In this document: positions 56,349 through 64,000 of the stretch, in pieces
How the letters are laid out: each line of letters starts with the position of its first letter
How positions within the stretch are numbered: the stretch's first letter is position 1
DNA from: Diplonema japonicum
Taxonomy: Eukaryota; Protista; Euglenozoa: Diplonemea
Assembly (NCBI GenBank): GCA_964019335.1
Contig: OZ025761.1
Coordinates: forward strand, 62,001-126,000
Direction: 5' to 3'
Length of the DNA: 64,000 bases
Program-made: the position numbers and the translations under genes
Notes under the pieces: generated by a model
Told to the model about the DNA's origin: nothing
The model's database searches: none
Seen by the model: the letters and a program-made list of their open reading frames with translations, nothing else

Positions 56349-56431
56349 CCACTGTATCGGGATTCGAACCCGCGACTCCTGGAACAAGGGGGCCTGACAG
56401 GTGAGCACGGTAACCACTCTACCACACAGGA
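56349..56431 (-). pseudogene. tRNA-Asp(GTC)-like sequence (pseudogene or SINE head)
   Basis: TGGTAGAGTGG (A box), CTGTCA anticodon loop, GGGTTCGAATCCC (B box); acceptor CTGTGT/ATACAG; anticodon stem does not pair well. Confidence 0.55.
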
Positions 56432-56557
56432 ATTCAAAACTCTGACCCCCCATCTTTACTCACGCATCCAGCTTAGTGGATCTGGATGTGAATTTGGAAA
56501 TAGCCGTTCGCCGAAGCTAGTCGTGGCCCGATAAATCCGTTGTATCCTGACTAGTCA

Positions 56558-56650
56558 CGTATCTCTCTAGACTGGGTTCTGGCTTAGAGGCGTTCAGCCA
56601 TAATCCATCCAGTGGTAGCATCACGGCACTGTCAACCGTAGATACCAGGG
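56558..56650 (-). rRNA. LSU rRNA 3'-domain fragment
   Basis: Minus strand GCTACCACTGGATGGATTATGGCTGAACGCCTCTAAGCCAGAACCC matches the conserved eukaryotic LSU GGATTATGRCTGAACGCCTCTAAG segment; isolated fragment only. Confidence 0.8.
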
Positions 56651-58467
56651 TGGAGTAGGTCCCTTCTTTTCACACCAGATATCCTTGCGATACACACTCA
56701 CGACATGCCTCAGCCCATCAACACTGTGATGAAATAAACACAAGATGAGCTAAAGAGGTTCCTGTTCTGGAACGTCCTTGTCTATTATCTCTACTTATCT
56801 ACCCCTTTCCCAGTTTTCGAAGTCTAGTACGAGTTATTGTGGTGACTGTCGTCTTCCTCGGTCCGTCGTACTACTTCAGCTTCCTGAGCTACCACTCAGG
56901 TGGTGCGCATGAGCGTTTCCTTCCGTTATCTGTTCCAGGGGTGTGTCATGTACGTTTCTAGTACACTGAAGAGTAGGTCACCAGAAAAATCTGTTGTTTC
57001 TTCAGACGCTTGATCCACCCGAAGTAGAACAGAAGGAGGAGGAAGGGGGGGGGGGAGATACTGATGTCTTCTTCTTTACTTTCTGTTGTCGCTACTGTCT
57101 TTGCTGCTACTGCTGGTGCTGTTGCTGCTGTTACTGTTGTTGCTGCTGCGTTGGGGAGGTTGTCCATGTCCTCTGTTGTGCCTTGGGTGGCCCTCCTCTG
57201 CTTCCTCAGTCTTGTGCTTCTTGTACAAGATGAGGCTGGGGTGCCATCCTTTGTTTTTGCCTGCTTATGGCACTTCCACTCCGTCTGTTCTGAGATCTCA
57301 CTTCTTGCCCTCTTTTGTGTCGTGGACCCGGTAGTGGAGCTCCTTGTGGCTGTACTCCGCTATCGCGATCCTGTCCATCTGGAGTCCTCGTTGTCTGAGG
57401 CTCTCTGCTGGCTGGAAGGGCTTGCTTTGGTCTTTCCCTTCGAGTTGCCCGTGTGCTCTCAGGAGTAGGAAGTATTCTCCGGTCGTCGTCACTGCTTGTT
57501 TCATAGTCTCCGTTCCGTCGTCAGGCTGGTCATCAAACCAGGGCACGCGGGTCAAGGATCTTCCAACGCAAACGTGACCGGTGATCGGTGTAATTCCCAC
57601 ATAAGTACCTTCCAAGCAGAAATAACTTCTGCCCCAAAGGCAACGTCACTTTCAAATGACTATGCTATTTGGACTGTACGTTGCCCTGTGGTGGACGGCG
57701 TAGACGCGCATCTGTCTCTTCAACTATAAACTCCCCTATGGAACCCTCTTTGACCTTCTCGTCATCTCCACCCATTTGTATTTGGTGATTACGGCCGAAG
57801 TGCAGAGGACAGGACTGTTATGCTTACTGACTAACAACTAACAATCTTACAATGTTAAGAGCTGTCCTTCCCTCAAAACTGCACTTTTCTTCAACTAGAC
57901 TCCCACAAGCTTACGAAAAGCTTTTGCGGAAACACCAGTTCACTGCCGTTTCTCCCCTGTGGTGAGCCTAAAAAAATTCGCTGGAGTGGGGCTTGAACCC
58001 GCTTCGCACAGGGCAAAGCCCCCCCAACTAGACTACTACACCTTCGAAAATACTTTCGGCTGAGGAAGATGCTGGCTTCTGGGATCGAACCCTGTTAACC
58101 ATGTTTTTTCAAAGGGAAAAGTGCCCAGTTGCAAAAGTTTGGCAAAAATGGCCAAAACTCAAAATGGCGACTTCCAAGGTCATTTTGGTTGGCCCCCAAT
58201 ATTTTTTTTTTTTTGGAAAGTTTTTTTTGGAACTTCCTTGGAACTCACCGTTCTTTCATGTTCGACATATGGATTTTTTGGAAAAAAAAATTCAATGAAC
58301 CTTTGGGCATTTTTGACATTTTTTCCCCTATAGCCCCCTATAACCCCTTTGGGACATAGGGTGGGTCACTTAGCGAATATGGAGCGTAAAACAAGTGCTC
58401 AGAAATGCTCTAATCCGGCGAATTTTGATTTTTTGGTTAATTTGGAGGGTATTGGGCGGTTTTTTAA

Positions 58468-60643
58468 CCATTAAAGGACGGGGGTTTTTGGGCAAAAAAA
58501 AGGTCACCATCGACTTTTTTATTTTCTAAAATTAAAACATCCTCGAGCATGCAACCATAGAACGACGCTTGTGTAAAAGAAAATACATCACCCAGGAGGG
58601 ACAAAAAACACCCCCAGACGCCCCTCAAAGGCCCTGGGAAGTGAATAGAATAAGGAATTGAAGTGAAATTTATTGTAAAACCCCACCCATAGGTTAGACA
58701 CTTCCTTACTTTTTTCGCTTGGGCCTCAGAGTGCTAGGGGGGGTTTTGCTTTTGGGACTTGGCTCAGATGACGACCTGGGGAGAAGGGTATGTGTTTGGA
58801 GACGCTGGTACCTTAGGTGTTCCTTCGGTGTGGCCGGGCCTCCAGAGGGGGTAGATTGGGGTGGGTAAACCACTGGTTCGTGATAGTCCGCAAAGCAAGC
58901 TGGGCACAGATGCACGTTACAAGCCTTGCAGATGAAGATAGTTTGCACCCGGACCCCCGAAACACGCATGTGGTGTGTGCATTGTCTTGCTGCATCCAGT
59001 TTTTTGGACCAGTGACCTTTGGTGAAGTCGCGCCTGGCATCTTCCCTGGGCCCCTCGGTCCCCATTTCAGAACGGGTGCTTGCTGGGCGGTTGTTTCCGG
59101 ACTGGCGCATAACAGTCGAAAAGCTGTTGTCGCTCATCGCGAACCCGTTTTTGGGCCTGCCTGGGCCTACTTGCTTCTCACTGGGGCAAGATTAGGTACA
59201 TTCTGGCGGTTTTCTTCGGATTGTTACCACCATTGACTGGACTTTCCTCGGATTGTTTCCACCACAAACCCGATTCCCACATCTGTTGTACAAGGGTAAC
59301 GCCAGTATAGAAGTTATCGATGCCGGGGTACAAGGGGAACGGCCATCCACCAGGTGGACACGAATAGTGGCATCGACAAGTCACGTGGGGTGCGCTTTCA
59401 GACTGAGCACGACGTTCACTTCATGTCAAGCAAGACGCCATTGAAGGCACCGCAGGAGATACGGGAGAACGTTGTAAGAGCTTTCATTGTCGCGCTCGAG
59501 CTGCAGGACAAGAAGCTCGAAGCAGAGCTCCGCCGCCGAGACATTCTGGTCGCCATGTTGTCCTTTTTTGGCATCATAAGCATTGGTGCTTCTGCAGTGG
59601 TACACCAATCCTGTACGCGAGTCAGGGCTCCCAAACACCAGCACCCCCCTACAATGACCTCGATCCTTCACCAAATGGGAAGGTAATATGCCAAGTGCTG
59701 AGATACCTCACATCGGGGTCCACAGTGCTGTGTTTGATTGCTTTTTCACGCTTTTACAATGGTATTAGCACTGCGGACAGTAGATCGACAAGTTGAACAC
59801 GACCCTGTGTCAGATCCTGTCCGGTGCACAGCCTCACCTGTCCTCTTTGCAGGCTGGAATACTCTGAAGCGATGCCTACCGTGTGACTTGATCATACTCT
59901 CATCAATGATCGATTCTCCGGGGGAATAGTGTTGCAGACAGGTAGGGGAGCAAGAATCTTATTTTTTGCAACCTGTCTGTCTCTTCACCCCTCCAAAATG
60001 CAACGACCGCTGTAAGCGCAAAAAGCAGTAACGTTTCATTACACTTGCCAAAAAAAGGTGTGGCGAGGGCACAAATGGTCGGCCAGTAATCTTTTATGCC
60101 AGCCTTGCGGATGATGTCCATGAGCACCCACAAGGCCAGAAACTGATAGATATCGTCCACAGTGAAGTCAAAGTCGGGGTTGTGGTACTTGCAAACGGTG
60201 CAAAGAGATTTCACAAACCCCATTGAGATGAACAGCTTGGAAATCCTTGATGCACTCATGTGGGAAAAGGGTGATTTCTGCCCCCCCTGTGCCCTGTCAC
60301 TTCTTACGCGTAACCTGCGTAATATCGCTCTCCCAGGGCATATTTTCACTCTTCTCGTCACTACTGGCGCTAGGTGAGGTCCCATCGTCAGTGAGAATGT
60401 CCCCTTAGGTATTTCCGAACTCGTTTGAATCAGTACTGCTCATATGAGCTTTCGTGCCACCAAAAACTGGTTTCGAGGGTGTTTTTGGAGGTTAATCTAG
60501 GGGCCAAAAGTGATTTTCGATGGAAAAGAAATCGCGGAACTAGGTCATTCTGCGCAAGGGTAAGGGTCTATGGTACTTAAAATGCCTATACAAAAATTCT
60601 AATTTTTTGATCGCTAGATATCTAGCGCTTCGTCCTTTAATGG
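58468..60643 (-). mobile_element. piggyBac-like transposon with decayed transposase
   Basis: TTAA TSD (58464-58467, 60644-60647); 13-bp TIR CCATTAAAGGACG; DNFYT motif, IKDYW, CKACNVHLCPACFADYH. Confidence 0.92.
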
Positions 60644-60693
60644 TTAAAAACTTTTTTTTTTCACGTTTAACTACGTTTTTTAGGACCATGTGA

Positions 60694-60783
60694 CCCCCCT
60701 AGGCATAGTGGTGAGACGACTTGCACCAAATTCTCGCATGCGAGAATTTGGTGTGAGTCGTCTCACCACTATGCCTAGGGGGG
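60694..60783. repeat. 90-bp spacerless palindrome
   Basis: Centre GCA|TGC at 60738/60739; 45-bp arms with 2 mismatches. Confidence 0.9.
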
Positions 60784-61260
60784 GGGGGGGGGGGGGGGAG
60801 AGGCAGCTATTAACACACACACACACCAGGTCAAACTGCCCTGGACTATGCACGGGCAAAGGGGCATCAAGATATCGTTGCCTTGCTAGAAGCTGCTTGA
60901 AAAATGCAGCAACAAAGGGGCTTAGAACTCTACAACGGGGCGCAAGGCGAAGTGGGCATGTCTTCCGCTCAAAGAACAATGAGAGCCTGTTGTCCAGCCT
61001 ATAGGAATCTTCTTGCGCAAAGTTAGGCCTCAGCAATCCTGAAGTTTATGCGTTGCACACGTTTCGTCGAAGCTTTGCTACTGAGGCCTAAGCCTCAGTA
61101 CAAAGCTTCGACAAAAGACTTCCTTTTTTCTTTTCCCTTCCATCCTTTGTAGTAGCAGTCGTACAAAATAATTTATTTGATAAAAGTCACGTCCAACAAC
61201 TTTCGCAACAAACAAAACAAAACAAAAAAGAGAGTTACAAGAAATAAAAAAAAATAAAAA

Positions 61261-61710
61261 ATGAGCCCGACGGTGTTCGTTAAGATGGAAGATGCGTTCA
61301 GAAGGTGAAGAACTGAGACAGCACCTTGGGATGTGGGAGGGGCTCCGCAACAAGCTCGAGCAGGCAGAACAGGAGGACGGCACGAGGGGCGCAGGCATCC
61401 TGATCGAACACGCGGGTGGCACCGTTGAACTGATCAAGGGTCTGGAGGATACCCTCCCACACAAAACTGGCGACGCGCCGGGGTTGTCTAAGCGGTGAGG
61501 GACGTGGAGTGGACGTCAGAAGCCATAATACGAGTCTGCAAGCACACACTCGACGAGGAGCCTAAAACCGCGGAGGAGCTCGTGGATCATGGCCAGCGAA
61601 GGGGGACGTCGTCGAGAGACAGCGACAGCACACACGACATGGTGATAGAAGAGCCTTATAAAGATCACTGCTCCATGGCGACTGACTGGCTGTTCTTCAC
61701 CACGCGAACT
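61261..61710 (+). pseudogene. Collapsed Ubl gene start joined to a diverged PLE 3' domain
   Basis: 61261-61341 resembles pieces of 49888-50093; ~61436-61710 resembles 48663-48995. Confidence 0.7.
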
Positions 61711-62116
61711 GAGCAGGGGTGTGTGTGTACGACAGCTACCAGGCAGAGAAAAAATGCAAAAAGAATTGCTCGTAAGTGCCCAAAACCGGGCGGAATGTTG
61801 AATTGTCTTTTTCTTTCTTTTTACTTTTTGAAGAAAACCAGTGACTGTATGTGAGCGTCTCGAGACACTTCCAACCCACCTAGTGGGTGCGGCCTTAGCA
61901 AGTCGAAAAGGAAGCGGAATTTTAAAAAAAAAAAAAAAAGAAAAAAAAAAAAAAAAAAAGTGACTGTAAATAAATGAATTGTTATTGCTAAAAAGAGGCA
62001 GCTTTCTTCTTCTTCTATCTGCTTCTTCTTTCTTCATTTGACTTCATAAGCCTTCAAGACAAGCACACAGAGAAAAAAAAAGGGGGGAGTGAATAAGAAA
62101 CGAAAAAGAAAAGAAC

Positions 62117-63220
62117 ATGAATAGAAAGAGTAAGAGATCAGATGAAGAGGTGAACGATATGACAGTGTTCGTGAAGACGGGAGGCGGGGTTCACGATGTG
62201 GAAGTGTCGGGGAAGGAGACGGTGGGGAGCCTGTACAAGAAGGCGGGGTGTGCTGCTCGTTTACTCGAAGGCAAGTTCAAACTGGTTTGGGAAGGAGACC
62301 TCCTTGACATGAACGGGGGTGAGGAGCTTCATTCACTTGGGCTTGTGGAGGGCTCCGTGGTCCATGTGGAGGCGAACAAGATGAGAACTGTTCAGCTGGA
62401 GGAGCTTGAGAGATCAGAAGTGGTTTCGGAGCTTGAGGGGCTTGTGACAGCTGACCCTGAGCTGGTTCTGGTGGTGGAGGTGGGGAACTCGCCAACTGTT
62501 GAAGTCTTGTCCATGAACAGGAGGGTCCTTCCTTCTGGACTTCGGTTCCTCGTTGTCACCGACTCCACAGGCTGTGTTACAAGGATTGACGCTCACTTTC
62601 TTGAAGGTTCCCACCACCTGATGTCTGTTGCTCTCATCCTCCCCAATGTTTTCACCATTGATAGTGGCTTTTTATGTGGGTGTACAGATCTAGAAACCAT
62701 CAACTTGAATGCGATGACCAATCTTTATTCCATTGGTTCTCACTTCTTGTATGAGTGCGAAAAACTAAAAGCTATCAACTTGAGTTCGATGACCAATCTT
62801 AATTCCATTAGTTCCTGCTTCTTATATGGGTGCACAACACTAGAAACCATCGACTTGAACTTGACCAATCTTTCTTCCATTGGTTCTGGGTTCTTGGTCG
62901 GGTGTAAACAACTAGAAACCATAGACTTGAGTTCGATGACCAATCTTAATTCCATTGGTGATGACTTCTTGTCGGGGTGCAAAAATCTAAAAACCATAGA
63001 CTTGAGTTCGATAACGAATATGTATTCCATTGGCTCTGACTTCTTGCTTGAATGCACAAATCTAGAAACCATCAACTTGAATGCGATGACCAATATTGGT
63101 TACATTGGTCCTGGCTTCTTGAAAGGGTGCGAAAATCTAAAAACCATAGACTTGAGCGCAATTTCCACGCACCTTCTGACCCGCAGGGACGTTCCCAGGC
63201 ACCTTCAGCATCCCAGGTAA
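62117..63220 (+). CDS. Ubl-LRR protein, subfamily B (C-terminus from a YR repeat)
   Basis: Same N-terminus and about eight LRRs; the last ~17 codons match YR family 2 repeat B sequence. Confidence 0.85.
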   Translation: MNRKSKRSDEEVNDMTVFVKTGGGVHDVEVSGKETVGSLYKKAGCAARLLEGKFKLVWEGDLLDMNGGEELHSLGLVEGSVVHVEANKMRTVQLEELERSEVVSELEGLVTADPELVLVVEVGNSPTVEVLSMNRRVLPSGLRFLVVTDSTGCVTRIDAHFLEGSHHLMSVALILPNVFTIDSGFLCGCTDLETINLNAMTNLYSIGSHFLYECEKLKAINLSSMTNLNSISSCFLYGCTTLETIDLNLTNLSSIGSGFLVGCKQLETIDLSSMTNLNSIGDDFLSGCKNLKTIDLSSITNMYSIGSDFLLECTNLETINLNAMTNIGYIGPGFLKGCENLKTIDLSAISTHLLTRRDVPRHLQHPR

Positions 63221-63345
63221 CAGGTGAAGTATTTCTCAATTACTCAGGGAGTACCACCTGGGAGGTGCGAAGAACAGGTGCGAGAAAGGGTCAAGGGGGG
63301 ACCTGGAAGCTTTTCCCTTCGTTCCTCTCTGCTTTTGTTTTACTT
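63169..63345 (+). repeat. YR family 2 B-A junction remnant
   Basis: CACCTTC...TCCCAGGTAACAGGT followed by TCTCAATTACTCAGGGAGTACCACCTGGG as at ~25305; similar remnants at ~39360-39415 and ~53470-53590. Confidence 0.75.
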
Positions 63346-63376
63346 TTGATTTTTTTTTTTTTTTTTTTTTTTATAA

Positions 63377-63675
63377 GGGCACACCGAACAGGAACTGGGA
63401 ATCACCTGATTCCAGCAGAAACTAGGAAGTCGGTACACTCGTTGCGTACCCTGGGGCTCCACAGCCATTCCATCATTGGATACTCCACTCGTCCAGCCTT
63501 CGCGTCCCCGAAGGCAACCCACCCGATCCTAGAGGAGCACCTGCGAACTCATTGCATCCTCAACAACTCGCTAGTTGGTTTCACGCCCAAGCTGCTGAAT
63601 AGATACCACGACAGGCCTAAGGCACTACCACAACAGAAGGGATCAAATCAGGTTCCCTTCAGAGACATCTTTTAT
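63377..63675 (+). mobile_element. 3' fragment of the non-LTR family at 5806-10829
   Basis: HLIPAETRKSVHSLRTLGLHS...FTPKLL...QKGSN, then CAGGTTCCCT..AGACATCTTTT. Confidence 0.9.
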
Positions 63676-64000
63676 TCAAGCGTCCTGCCACGCACCGCAG
63701 GTACCCTTAAATGTCTCTCTTTTTTTTTTATTTTGTTTTCTTACTTGTTTTTCGTAGTCAAAAGAAAGTGTCCATCCCTGATCCCCAAGAGAGAGTGTAC
63801 CATCCTGTTTCTCGCGGAAACAGAGAACCTACCACCACAGCAGCCGACCGATCAGATGCAGCAGCAGTGGGAATAAAAAAAAGAAATCCCCCCCCCCCCC
63901 CCCAAATAAGATTTCCCTCACCCCAAAACAAGATTGGAAACGAAAAGTTGTAATTAAAAAAAAAGAAAAATGTTTTAGAAGAAAATATAAAAAAAAAAAA

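Larger units (their letters stand above)
56106..58386. mobile_element. TA-flanked non-autonomous TIR element (Tc1/mariner-like ends)
   Basis: Perfect 27-bp TIR CGCTCCATATTCGCTAAGTGACCCACC (56106-56132 / 58360-58386) with TA on both sides; no transposase recognised. Confidence 0.8.

Overview
Eukaryotic, TE-dense, homopolymer-rich DNA, almost certainly from a diplonemid (Euglenozoa), because a diplonemid-type spliced-leader (SL) sequence lies at 10792-10829 (-). Host genes are an expanded family with an N-terminal ubiquitin-like (Ubl) domain plus 25-aa LRRs (about 6 intact or near-intact copies and several relics), a Ubl-ankyrin gene with a poly(A) GT-AG intron, two identical TMEM151-like genes, a Nudix-box gene, a degenerate membrane nucleotidyl cyclase and a decayed cadherin/Ig-repeat gene. 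Mobile DNA includes a single-ORF non-LTR element whose 5' end is an SL exon with a hairpin-masked splice donor, and two families of gag-YR-RT/RH (VIPER/TATE-like) elements with split direct repeats. It also includes a Penelope-like element (18-bp TSD) with a Josephin-like protease and a structured 3' RNA, two piggyBac relics, a TA-flanked TIR element holding tRNA and rRNA fragments, and several non-autonomous repeats. About 23-44 kb shows strong CpG-to-TpG/CpA decay. All family assignments come from motif recognition by eye; no searches were run, and repeat boundaries are approximate unless a TSD or TIR is quoted.
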